From: an uncultured Bacteroidales bacterium
Lineage (GTDB): Bacteria; Bacteroidota; Bacteroidia; Bacteroidales; UBA932
Length of the DNA stretch: 64,000 nucleotides
Assembly (NCBI GenBank): GCA_944326265.1
Contig: CALVDE010000005.1
Span: 28,729 to 92,728, forward strand
Reading direction: 5' to 3'
Notes under the pieces: model-generated
What the model was told of the DNA's origin: nothing
The model's input: only the letters and a program-made list of their open reading frames with translations
Database searches by the model: none
Made by a program: the position numbers and the translations under genes
Part shown: positions 1 through 8,819 of the stretch, piece by piece
How the letters are laid out: each line of letters begins with the position of its first letter
How positions within the stretch are numbered: position 1 is the stretch's first letter

Positions 1-563
1 ATGTCCTCTATCTTCTTGTTCTGCAGTTCCAGGGCGTTGAGCAGGCCTGCTGCCGAGATGATGGCCGTGCCGTGCTGGTCATCGTGCATGACGGGGATGT
101 CGCACTCCTCCTTGAGCCTGCGCTCTATCTCGAAGCACTCGGGGGCCTTGATGTCCTCGAGGTTTATGCCCCCGAAGGTGGGGGAGATGGCCTTGACTGC
201 GGCGATGAATTTTTCCGGATCCTTCTCATCCAGCTCTATGTCGTAGCAGTCCAGTCCTGCGAATATCTTGAACAGCAGTGCCTTTCCTTCCATGACGGGC
301 TTGCCGGCCAGTGCTCCGATGTCGCCCAGTCCGAGGACGGCGGTACCGTTGGAGATGACGGCCATGAGATTGCCCTTGTCGGTGTATTCGTATGCGTTCT
401 CCCGGTTGCTCTTGATCTCCAGGCAGGGCCATGCTACTCCGGGTGAGTATGCCAGCGACATGTCGTGCTGGGAAGAGTATGGTTTCGTAGGAACAGTTTC
501 GATCTTGCCCGGACGGCCTAGGCGGTGATAGTCCAGAGCGGCTTTCTTATTGTTGTCTGACAT
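1..563 (-). CDS. maeB: NADP-dependent malic enzyme, N-terminal part (gene continues beyond window start)
   Basis: Absent from the ORF track because it has no stop in the window. Reverse translation from ATG (561-563) gives [51 protein letters not shown]...[27 protein letters not shown]...[11 protein letters not shown], the typical malic-enzyme N-terminus. Confidence 0.85.
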   Translation of the reverse strand, partial: MSDNNKKAALDYHRLGRPGKIETVPTKPYSSQHDMSLAYSPGVAWPCLEIKSNRENAYEYTDKGNLMAVISNGTAVLGLGDIGALAGKPVMEGKALLFKIFAGLDCYDIELDEKDPEKFIAAVKAISPTFGGINLEDIKAPECFEIERRLKEECDIPVMHDDQHGTAIISAAGLLNALELQNKKIED

Positions 564-597
564 ATTGCATTCATTTTAAGTGGTCCGCGAATATAGC

Positions 598-630
598 AAA
601 AAAAACCGCCGGATAACAAATCCGGCGGTT
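598..630 (-). terminator. Rho-independent terminator (10-bp stem ACCGCCGGAT/ATCCGGCGGT, 5-nt loop, 8-U tail on minus strand)
   Basis: Perfect inverted repeat at 605-614 and 620-629, preceded on the plus strand by an A8 run (a U-run on the minus transcript). It sits just upstream of the maeB start and would stop minus-strand transcription entering from the element or tRNA side. Confidence 0.7.
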
Positions 631-956
631 TCTGTCTTTTAGTAGAGCAGATGATAGAATTATCGAACCCTGTCATAGAGGATTATGTTAAAGTGGTGGA
701 ATTCGCAAAGTATTTTCTATGTATCAGATAGGGGAAATGTTTTTGCCAGTTTATCCCCGTTGTCTTGCCGACAGATATCTCCAAGTTTGTTTCATCTGTT
801 ATCCCCCTTGTTTAATATGCCGGGAATGGAAGGTGTGGAAAGCCGCCAACAGTTGGGCGTGATAATTTTTCCTTTGATTTTACCTATGACCTTGACTTTT
901 CTACTGTCGTTACTAACTATAAGAAGTGGCAGAATAAAAGAGCCATAAAATGTAAA

Positions 957-1154
957 ATGACAGAATATAGAAGACAGTATCGGGAACTCAGTGATGAGAC
1001 AAAGGCGAAGATAGCGCAGGCAAACCGTAACCGACCGAAATCGGAGGCGCACAGGCAGCGCATCAGTCAAGCTATGAAAGACTATTGGGCAAAAGTTCCG
1101 CATCGTTCTTCCAGCGGAAATGTAACCACTTATCAAGGGGTAGAAAACGGGTAA
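957..1154 (+). CDS. Small NUMOD3-like DNA-binding protein (possible 3' remnant of a homing-endonuclease gene)
   Basis: Two repeats, SDETKAKIAQANRNR and SEAHRQRISQAMKDYW, resemble the NUMOD3 motif of GIY-YIG/HNH homing endonucleases. The frame is open upstream back to 816 with no start codon. Confidence 0.45.
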   Translation: MTEYRRQYRELSDETKAKIAQANRNRPKSEAHRQRISQAMKDYWAKVPHRSSSGNVTTYQGVENG

Positions 1155-1183
1155 AATAATGCAGAATAAGTTATATGAAATAG

Positions 1184-1459
1184 GTGCAGACATTCGACAG
1201 GCTCAAAATCGTAACAGCCATAGATGCCATAGATGTGGTAAATGAGGTGGTGTCGTGTGATGTTGCCAAGGATGTGCAGTGTTCCGATGTTAGAAAGGTG
1301 CAGTCATATATCAGGAGCCATATATCAAATTACAACAAATACGTGTGCCGTGCATTGAAGAACGGCAATGTCGTGCTGGAGAAGAATGTGACAACCAGGA
1401 AAAACAAGAAGCGTATGACTATATATGATAAAGAGCAGGAGATGAAAAAGTCGGTCTAG
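1184..1459 (+). CDS. Hypothetical phage protein (GTG start, TAG stop)
   Basis: A 91-aa ORF in the position upstream of the tape measure. It has no recognisable motif and is in frame with the next ORF across its TAG. Confidence 0.3.
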   Translation: MQTFDRLKIVTAIDAIDVVNEVVSCDVAKDVQCSDVRKVQSYIRSHISNYNKYVCRALKNGNVVLEKNVTTRKNKKRMTIYDKEQEMKKSV

Positions 1460-1471
1460 TCGACAAAATTC

Positions 1472-1648
1472 ATGGATGAGGCGGTCTGCGGCAGTCAAGG
1501 GCAGAAAGCGTATGAGCCGATATACAATAGGTTTATCTGGGGATACCTCTTCACAGGTACCTACATGGCACTTCTGAGAGGTCTGACGGGACGGGTTACG
1601 ATGACTGTGGTCCGCACTATCGAGGGGCATGTTACGGATATCCGCTGA
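1472..1648 (+). CDS. Hypothetical 58-aa ORF, in frame with 1184..1459
   Basis: Hand-translated as MDEAVCGSQGQKAYEPIYNRFIWGYLFTGTYMALLRGLTGRVTMTVVRTIEGHVTDIR. It is below the ORF-track size cut-off and is followed by a strong hairpin. Confidence 0.25.
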   Translation: MDEAVCGSQGQKAYEPIYNRFIWGYLFTGTYMALLRGLTGRVTMTVVRTIEGHVTDIR

Positions 1649-1668
1649 TTTTGTTGCGAATCAGCGGA
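1641..1668 (+). terminator. Hairpin (10-bp stem TCCGCTGATT/AATCAGCGGA, 8-nt loop)
   Basis: Perfect inverted repeat overlapping the TGA at 1646-1648. The downstream tract is only moderately T-rich. Confidence 0.5.
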
Positions 1669-1708
1669 ATTGTGTCTATATTTGTTCCGTCATTAAAATC
1701 TGACTTTA

Positions 1709-1825
1709 ATGGGCGTATTGGTTGTCATCGGCTTGTTAATGGTTATCTGCGCAGCACTTGCAGTATACTTTTTCAGTGGTGCTGCGAAGGACTTCATTCG
1801 GATTATGCGGAAAAATAAACAATAG
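1709..1825 (+). CDS. Small membrane protein (38 aa; 52 aa if the TAG is read through)
   Basis: Hand-translated as MGVLVVIGLLMVICAALAVYFFSGAAKDFIRIMRKNKQ, one clear TM helix followed by a basic tail. It is below the ORF-track cut-off. Confidence 0.3.
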   Translation: MGVLVVIGLLMVICAALAVYFFSGAAKDFIRIMRKNKQ

Positions 1826-1934
1826 TATTTTTTGTTTTCTATCGCTGCGGCGTTTTTCTCCCTTTGAATACTGATTTTTTGTCCTTTTAAAACTCGGGGA
1901 CAGTGATTTCCTTTGCTTGTAAATTTACAGGCGT

Positions 1935-2747
1935 ATGAGTTTTTCATCTGAGGAAATAGCGAAAATACACGTAGTCATCAATTCCGGAGACATCCCTGAT
2001 TTTTCTGAAAAAATGAGAGATGCCGCCAAATCCGTATCCCAGCTTCAGGAGGAGATACAGCAGACGCAGAAGGATCTCGGTATACTTGCGGCCCGTGGCG
2101 ACCAGAATTCCGAGAATTTCAAGATAATGCAGAAGCATCTGTCGACCTTACAGACGCGGCTGAAAAACACCAACAAGGAGATGAAGTACTATACCGAGAG
2201 TATAGATATCAATCTCATGTCTTCAAATCAGCTCAATGCCCGTGCCAAAGTTTTGACAAATACTCTTAATGCCCTCTCCAAGGAGGCGGAGCCGGATCGC
2301 TGGAACGAACTTAACGATGAGCTGATCAAGGTCCGCCGCCGGATGGATGAGGTGCGCGTGGGTACTCTCGGCGTATCCGACTCCATGGATATCACCGGAA
2401 TGTCTATGCAGCAGCTGGATGTTTACAGCCGCCAGCTGAAGGCGCGTCTGGCCGCAGTGCCTCGCGATGCGGCTAATTCCAAGGAATGGGATTATTTGCA
2501 AAAAAGATTGAAGGCTGTTGAATCAGAACAGAAAAAAGTGTCATCTTCGATGTCTTCCGAATTTTCAGGAATATTCAAAAAGATAGGGTGGGGAACTCTT
2601 TTTTCTGGAGCATTGAGCGCATTGAAAAAATTTGGACAGGATTTTGTTTCCAATTCCAATATTATAGGTGATCGCTGGAACAGGACCATGACCGGAATGC
2701 GTAAAGGCTACGAGACATTCCTGACGGCACTTGCTTCCGGAGACTAG
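1935..2747 (+). CDS. Coiled-coil protein; probably the N-terminal segment of the tape measure protein (ends at in-frame TAG)
   Basis: Heptad-rich and Q/K/E/L-rich sequence with a C-terminal hydrophobic stretch GWGTLFSGALSAL. It is in the same frame as 2796..4862 with no other stop between them. Confidence 0.6.
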   Translation: MSFSSEEIAKIHVVINSGDIPDFSEKMRDAAKSVSQLQEEIQQTQKDLGILAARGDQNSENFKIMQKHLSTLQTRLKNTNKEMKYYTESIDINLMSSNQLNARAKVLTNTLNALSKEAEPDRWNELNDELIKVRRRMDEVRVGTLGVSDSMDITGMSMQQLDVYSRQLKARLAAVPRDAANSKEWDYLQKRLKAVESEQKKVSSSMSSEFSGIFKKIGWGTLFSGALSALKKFGQDFVSNSNIIGDRWNRTMTGMRKGYETFLTALASGD

Positions 2748-2795
2748 TCCAATTTCTTTTCCAATATCGCCAGGGCATATCGAGAGGGGCGTGAG

Positions 2796-4862
2796 TTGGC
2801 TGAGATGCAGGAGGCCCTTTTCGAGATGCAGAATGCCTCATCTTTGACAGAGATCCGGAATAATATCGAAATATCCAGGCAGACAGCAATCATGCGGGAC
2901 ACCACGAGGTCCAACGAGGAACGCATAGCCGCAGCAAATGAAATACTCAGACTGGAGAGGGAGATCATGGAGACAAAGGAGAGGACGGCAGAACGGGCCA
3001 GGGAGGCTGCGCTGGAGGAAATCAGAATAAAGACCGAGGGAAATCTCAGTGAGGAGGATATGGTTTACATGGTCGATAATTATTTCCAGAATGAGGAAAT
3101 GATAAATGCCGCAGGAGACTACTTGAAATTGGAGGAGGAGCTCGAGAAACTGCAGAAACTGACTCGAAGGGCTGCATATCGTGACAGCCCGGAATTTGCT
3201 GCAGGAGTGGACAGAAAGATAGAAGAATTGGAAAAAGAAATGAAGGCGATGCTAACTGCCACTGATGACCTTGAAAGAGTAGTGGAATTCCAGCGGGAGT
3301 ACGACCTTCTTAATGACGAGCAGATCCAGAACTATGTCAATGCCCAGACCTCATGGCTGAAGGCTCAGGCTGATTTCGAGCAGGCAACGCTCAGGGCGAA
3401 GACGACTATGTCCAGGCTGAAGGAGGAATTGAAGGATGAGAATTACCAGAAAGCCGTGGACGAGGTGGAGAGACAGTCGAAGGAGGAGACCAATATCTAC
3501 AAGCAGCAATATGTCGAGCGTAAGATCTCCGAGGAGGAGATGAACCGGGAGCTGGAGCGTATCGAGACGGAGAGGCTTAGGAGGGTGAACGAGATAAACA
3601 GGCAGTTCGGCGTTGATATCGTGGAGTCCACCGGTGCGGTTCTGGACAACTTGATATCCTCGATGGACGGCTTCACCCAGGCTGCGGCCGACGGCTCGGA
3701 GGAGGCCCTGGACCGTGTCATTCAGAAGTCCAAGGAACTGAATGCGGAACTGGAGAGAATGCTGGCCGACAGCGAGACGGCGGTGGCTAGGATGATGGAG
3801 GCAGAGCAGGCCGGTATGCAGGCCTCTCTGGATGAGGACGGCTACCGTCTGGCCTCCGACGTTCAGCAGGCTGGAGAGATCAAAAACAGGTTTGCGGATA
3901 CAAATACGAGGTTGACGCTCCTCTCCGCCGACAAGGATGCCGAGATGGCGCAGCTGCAGTCGCTCTATGACCAGGGGCTGATAGCAGAGGAGGAGTATCA
4001 GGCGGCAAGGAATGAAGTGATCCGCCGGTATGCTTCCGAGGCTTTCAATATCCAGACCCAGTCCCTTCAGAACGGCCTTCAGGTTGCTTCCGGTTTCCTT
4101 AACAACATCAGTTCTCTGGTCAGCAGCATCCAAGAGGCCGAGTCGGCCTCTCTCGACGCGCAGATGCAGAAGGAACTGGCCGCGGCAGGGGACAATGTAG
4201 ACAAGCGGGCGGCCATAGAAGAGAAATACGAGCAGAAGAAGCTGGATCTTCAGAAGAAGTATGCCGATATAGACATGGGCATCAAGATAGCGCAGACTAT
4301 TGCTGCATGTGCCTTGGCTGCCATCCAGGCTTTCGGACAGCTCGGACCTATTGCCGGAGGCATTATGGCCGGAGTCATCGCCGCTACCACAGCCGCCCAG
4401 GTAGCCACCATCGTCATGCAGCGCAACGCCATCAAGAACTCCACCGTCTCATCCTCTTCCTCCGGCACCACATCTGTAAGGACGGTAATTCCCGAGGACA
4501 GCGGCTACTCAGAAGGCGGCTTCACCGGCTACGGCGGCCGTCTGGAGCCCTCCGGCATAGTCCACCGCGGCGAGTATGTGGTCCCGGTGCCGGAGATGCG
4601 CGACCCCGAGGCGTATTCTCACGTGATGGCCATCGAGCGGATCCGCTCCCGCCGCAGCACACGAAACCGTCTGCCCGGATTCGCCGACGGCGGCTACACC
4701 GGAGACCCGTCTTCATCCGGCACGGCGGCGGCCATCAAGGAGATGACCTCTGTATTCAAGTCCCTGCGTGATAACCCTATCAAGGCCTATACCGTGCTTT
4801 CCGAGCACAACGCGGCCCAGGAGATAAGCAACAAGTTCAAAAAAGCCGCCTCGAGAAAATGA
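2796..4862 (+). CDS. Phage tail tape measure protein (main segment)
   Basis: Long coiled coil, then a Gly/Ala-rich hydrophobic block IAQTIAACALAAIQAFGQLGPIAGGIMAGVIAATTAAQ, then C-terminal GGFTGYGG...GIVHRGEYVVP...GFADGGYTG motifs typical of tape measure proteins. The frame is open upstream to the TAG at 2745. Confidence 0.8.
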   Translation: MAEMQEALFEMQNASSLTEIRNNIEISRQTAIMRDTTRSNEERIAAANEILRLEREIMETKERTAERAREAALEEIRIKTEGNLSEEDMVYMVDNYFQNEEMINAAGDYLKLEEELEKLQKLTRRAAYRDSPEFAAGVDRKIEELEKEMKAMLTATDDLERVVEFQREYDLLNDEQIQNYVNAQTSWLKAQADFEQATLRAKTTMSRLKEELKDENYQKAVDEVERQSKEETNIYKQQYVERKISEEEMNRELERIETERLRRVNEINRQFGVDIVESTGAVLDNLISSMDGFTQAAADGSEEALDRVIQKSKELNAELERMLADSETAVARMMEAEQAGMQASLDEDGYRLASDVQQAGEIKNRFADTNTRLTLLSADKDAEMAQLQSLYDQGLIAEEEYQAARNEVIRRYASEAFNIQTQSLQNGLQVASGFLNNISSLVSSIQEAESASLDAQMQKELAAAGDNVDKRAAIEEKYEQKKLDLQKKYADIDMGIKIAQTIAACALAAIQAFGQLGPIAGGIMAGVIAATTAAQVATIVMQRNAIKNSTVSSSSSGTTSVRTVIPEDSGYSEGGFTGYGGRLEPSGIVHRGEYVVPVPEMRDPEAYSHVMAIERIRSRRSTRNRLPGFADGGYTGDPSSSGTAAAIKEMTSVFKSLRDNPIKAYTVLSEHNAAQEISNKFKKAASRK

Positions 4863-6850
4863 AACTGATTGCAGAACACGGGCAGCTGCCCCTTCCCGAC
4901 GATCTGGAGATAGCCGTCGAGCAGCACAACCCATTCTTTTCGGACGAGGGAGCCTCGTCTGTCCCCGTTACCATCCCGGCGACCCAGCAGGCCCTCTCCG
5001 TCCTCGGCCGACCGGAAAGGGTAGGATCCACAAGTCGCCTGCGCCGCATGGCCGCGACCATGTCGGAGGGCGTGTTCATCAAGAACGGACAACTGCTTTT
5101 GGAGTCGGCTTCGGCAGACGAGGGCATCACATGTTCCTTCCTGCTGGCCGAGAGCGAGTTTTACACTCAGTTCAAGGAGAAGAATCTGCGGGATATATTC
5201 GCGGATAAGGTGCGCCAGGAATGGCAGGATATCGAAGCCTTGTACATTTATTTGGTGAAACTGTACCGGGGCGAGGCAACGGATGACTTCATCCTCTGCC
5301 CTGTGGCCGTGGACTATGATTCCGAGGCCGGCAGCTACAGAGTGAACAACGCACCGCTGGCCGGAGGACATCTCGAGTATCTGTCCAGGTATATCCCGGA
5401 CGGTGAGGACTCGATACTGGTGCCCGACGGTTATGGCATCGCTCCTTTCCTGTATCTGCACCGGCTGATAGACCTTCTCTTCAGCCTCAGCGGCTATACG
5501 GTGGGCCTCAATCCTTTCCGTACAGACACTGCCCTGAAGCGGATAATAGTCCTGCACAATGTGTCGGATGTCATCTGCACCGGGAAGATAGACTACTCGG
5601 ACCTGGTCCCTGACATGACCGTCTCTGACTTCCTGGAGTGGCTGCACGACAAGTTCCTGGCAGCGGTCAGCATCGATCCCGAGAGAAAGCAGGCAGATGT
5701 GTATTTGCTCCAGGATGTACTCTCGAATGCAGTTGCGGATATGGACCTGTCCGGCAAGATAGACGGCTATGTCACCATTACGTTCAACAACACCTCGAGG
5801 GTCGTGCTGAAGGCGGATACATCGCTGGAAGGGGCTGCACCGGCGGCCGGAACGCAAGAGGAATTTGCCTTGGCGAGACCTTTTGTTTCTGATGCGGATG
5901 AGGAATTGTTCAACAGCGGTGCAATAAAGTTGTATTCGGTAGTGCGCAGATTGGCGACCGGAGAAATATTTCTATTCTCGAACGATATGCGGGATTCTTC
6001 CATTTACGGGCGCAGGCGTCTGGGTACGGAGTATTTTGATTATGACAGGCGTGGAGATTCGGATACGGAAGTCTTTGAACCGTCAGATTTGTTGCCGCTG
6101 ATGGTGTTTTTCAATGGATATCTCATGCCATATATTGGTTCCAGAACCCACAGGCATACGCAGTTGAATGGAGAAAAGGAGGGCAGCGGGGGGCAGAAGC
6201 TGATTATTGCATACGACAGCGGTGTGTTTGACAGTTCAAAAAATTACAGATTCGCTACTGTCTTGAAATATGACCATGCCGGTAATGAGTGGATAGAACA
6301 TTCATTGACTCCCGACGGGCTTTACAAACGATTCTTCTCATTGTACAACGGTCTGCTTCAAGGCGGAAAAGAAGAGATGTCCGGTCGCGTGATGCTGTCT
6401 GACCGCGAACTGACAGGACTTGATATGATCATGCCGAAAATGTTCAAAGGCCGCCTGCTGTTGTTCAACTACTTGTCATTCTCCATTTCTGCGCGGAAAC
6501 TGACTAATGATGCCGCGTCGTTCATAGTGCTGAAGAATCTGAAAGATCCGGATCCGGAAATAGAATTCCAGACCCAGCACTATTATTGGAGGCTTAATCT
6601 TACACCGGTCACTTCAAGGCAGTATGAACTGGAGGAACGGTACGGAGGTCCCAATGCCGGAAGCTCGGCAGACTTCTCGTATCCTGGTGGAAATACTGTT
6701 CCGGCGGAAGTTCCGTCTTCGGCTGGACAAAAAGGGTTTTATCAGGCTTTGAAAGTTCATTTCTCCGTTACAGATGACATGACGGGAGAAACGGTATATG
6801 AGGCGGACGAGTATGTGACGGTGTGGTATGATTCTGTACAGATCCCGTAG
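4859..6850 (+). CDS. Phage tail protein (distal-tail/baseplate position, assigned by synteny only)
   Basis: ATGA start/stop overlap with the tape-measure gene. The 663-aa product has no motif I can name. Confidence 0.5.
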   Translation: MKLIAEHGQLPLPDDLEIAVEQHNPFFSDEGASSVPVTIPATQQALSVLGRPERVGSTSRLRRMAATMSEGVFIKNGQLLLESASADEGITCSFLLAESEFYTQFKEKNLRDIFADKVRQEWQDIEALYIYLVKLYRGEATDDFILCPVAVDYDSEAGSYRVNNAPLAGGHLEYLSRYIPDGEDSILVPDGYGIAPFLYLHRLIDLLFSLSGYTVGLNPFRTDTALKRIIVLHNVSDVICTGKIDYSDLVPDMTVSDFLEWLHDKFLAAVSIDPERKQADVYLLQDVLSNAVADMDLSGKIDGYVTITFNNTSRVVLKADTSLEGAAPAAGTQEEFALARPFVSDADEELFNSGAIKLYSVVRRLATGEIFLFSNDMRDSSIYGRRRLGTEYFDYDRRGDSDTEVFEPSDLLPLMVFFNGYLMPYIGSRTHRHTQLNGEKEGSGGQKLIIAYDSGVFDSSKNYRFATVLKYDHAGNEWIEHSLTPDGLYKRFFSLYNGLLQGGKEEMSGRVMLSDRELTGLDMIMPKMFKGRLLLFNYLSFSISARKLTNDAASFIVLKNLKDPDPEIEFQTQHYYWRLNLTPVTSRQYELEERYGGPNAGSSADFSYPGGNTVPAEVPSSAGQKGFYQALKVHFSVTDDMTGETVYEADEYVTVWYDSVQIP

Positions 6851-6898
6851 ATTTCTGTCCTTTTTCCTAATGGCCCGGCTAAGTAATTTTGTACTGTT

Positions 6899-8758
6899 AT
6901 GGCAACTATTATACAAAAACCGGACAGTGTGTCCTTTGCTCGGAATCTTAAGGAACTGATAATCTCAACCAGTTCGGAGATTTCATTCCAGTTATTGAAG
7001 GGAACGGAGGAACTGCTGAATGAGACATACTGCCCGGATATGGCCAACAGGGTCGCTGTGGATTTGTCAGATATAGTCACATCTTCGTTGACATTTACCA
7101 TGCCGTCGGCCAATGATGCGTATACAGATCAGTCTTCCATCCTTGATGTTTTTTCTGTAAAAATAGACGGGACCGTAAAGGCTACTTTTACTGCAGTACG
7201 GGCCGGAGTGGAAAATTTCAGCGGTACGGCATCCGAATTTCTGGCCGCGAACTGGCTCACATGGCAGCCACAGATCAAAGAAGTGCTGGCAAACCAGCCG
7301 GAGTGGCTGACTTATTATATTCCGGTAACTGACGGAGCATGTTGGGTCAGATTCTATTATACTGACGGAACCGTGTCGGATTATAAAATATGTGATTTCC
7401 CCTTCAGATGCTTTTCTCTCAACACCATGTTCTCCAGGCTTTGGAATCTGGATGAGTCCGGCAAGGATAGGTACGGAGTAATTGATGTCGTTGCAAAGAA
7501 CATACAAGGAAAGGTCCTTACTTACGTACAGCGTTATGTTCTGAGGAATAAGGAATCATTGGACCAGATATACCTTTGCGAAAACTCACTTGGCGGACTG
7601 GACACTTTCAGGTTTAACGGAGACCGGAAGTTAGTCCCGGAAATAGAGTATACGTCTTTGCAGTTTGACGGTATATATTCAGCGGCGGATCCGGATATCA
7701 ATAGAAAATGGAGCCAGAATACAGGGCTGCTTACTGACAGGGAAAGCCGCTGGTGCTGGGAGATTTTCAGGTCCACAAAAGTTTATCATCTGAACGATGG
7801 ATCCATAATGCCTGTTGTCCTTGACTCATCATCGATAGAGAAATCCGATATGGCAAGGTTGTCATCATTCTCATTCGAGTACAGGTATTCAGAGGACAAA
7901 GGACTCTTGAGGGTAGAAAGAACGGACAGCCTTCCTGACATCGTAGGGATACCAGGTCCCGACGGAGAGATTTTTTTTTTAGAGCCGAGACTCGTTGATT
8001 ATCCTGAGGCTGTATTGAGCGACACCCTCCTTCTTCTGACACAGTCACCGTTCGAGGAAAAGTGGTACAAGCTGAGCATAGGCAGCATCCGGGCCTCAAT
8101 TCTCACCTCCATACTGGAAACTTATGGTTCCATGCTGCACACGCATGACAACCTGTCCGTGCTGAACATGCTCTCGGTCGACGGCAGCGGAAAACTGCTT
8201 TTCAACGGATTGCCGGTCGGTGGGGGCGGTGAGCATGTGGACACCTCCGATTTCGTCACCCTCTCCACGTCCCAGACGGTGACCGGAGACAAGACGTTCG
8301 CCTCGGACGTGATACCCGGCGGACAGAAGGCCGACGGCACCAGAGGCAGGCTGTTCCTGCCGTCAAGCCTGGGGACGGGCGCGGTGGACATCATCGTGGA
8401 TACGGTGACTGAGAGGTATCCGGTTCCGGTCAAGGAGGCGGTGACGGATACGATGCTCGTAGCCGTGAGGGACACCGTGACGCTACAGGACACTGTCTAC
8501 ATCGTGCTCGGCATGACGCAGCGGTACTACAGAGGGCCGGGCTACGAGGCATGGGTGTCTGGCTACCGTCCCCGGCTGGACAGCTGCCGGGTATTTCCGT
8601 GCACAGTCTACATCAACAGCAGCACGGTGTCAAGAGAGCCTGTCAGGAGATGGGGCATCGGCATTCAGGCCGGTTACGGCATGGGACTCTTCAACGGCCA
8701 GGTCAAGGCTTTTCCCTATATCGGTGTCGGCATAAGCTGGAATTTCATCAGATTCTAA
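6899..8758 (+). CDS. Phage tail fiber / receptor-binding-like protein
   Basis: It holds the position after the tape measure and distal-tail genes. It has a QTVTGDKTF collar-like motif common in tail fibers, and an unusual C-terminus, GIGIQAGYGMGLF...GVGISWNFIRF. Confidence 0.5.
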   Translation: MATIIQKPDSVSFARNLKELIISTSSEISFQLLKGTEELLNETYCPDMANRVAVDLSDIVTSSLTFTMPSANDAYTDQSSILDVFSVKIDGTVKATFTAVRAGVENFSGTASEFLAANWLTWQPQIKEVLANQPEWLTYYIPVTDGACWVRFYYTDGTVSDYKICDFPFRCFSLNTMFSRLWNLDESGKDRYGVIDVVAKNIQGKVLTYVQRYVLRNKESLDQIYLCENSLGGLDTFRFNGDRKLVPEIEYTSLQFDGIYSAADPDINRKWSQNTGLLTDRESRWCWEIFRSTKVYHLNDGSIMPVVLDSSSIEKSDMARLSSFSFEYRYSEDKGLLRVERTDSLPDIVGIPGPDGEIFFLEPRLVDYPEAVLSDTLLLLTQSPFEEKWYKLSIGSIRASILTSILETYGSMLHTHDNLSVLNMLSVDGSGKLLFNGLPVGGGGEHVDTSDFVTLSTSQTVTGDKTFASDVIPGGQKADGTRGRLFLPSSLGTGAVDIIVDTVTERYPVPVKEAVTDTMLVAVRDTVTLQDTVYIVLGMTQRYYRGPGYEAWVSGYRPRLDSCRVFPCTVYINSSTVSREPVRRWGIGIQAGYGMGLFNGQVKAFPYIGVGISWNFIRF

Positions 8759-8765
8759 ACAAAAA

Positions 8766-8787
8766 CCCCGGGCACGATGGTCCGGGG
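8766..8787 (-). terminator. Hairpin CCCCGG(N10)CCGGGG with U-run on the minus strand
   Basis: The inverted repeat lies between the convergent tail gene and hicB. The A5 run at 8761-8765 gives a U-tail on the minus transcript. Confidence 0.55.
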
Positions 8788-8819
8788 CGCATCCATAAGA
8801 TGGAGTCGTCAAACAAACA

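Noticed and set aside
641-690. A functional (suppressor) tRNA gene at the left end of the element
   Set aside because: It has only a 10-nt D-arm-like match plus scattered similarity. No acceptor, anticodon or T stems can be paired on either strand, and there is no CTA anticodon loop.
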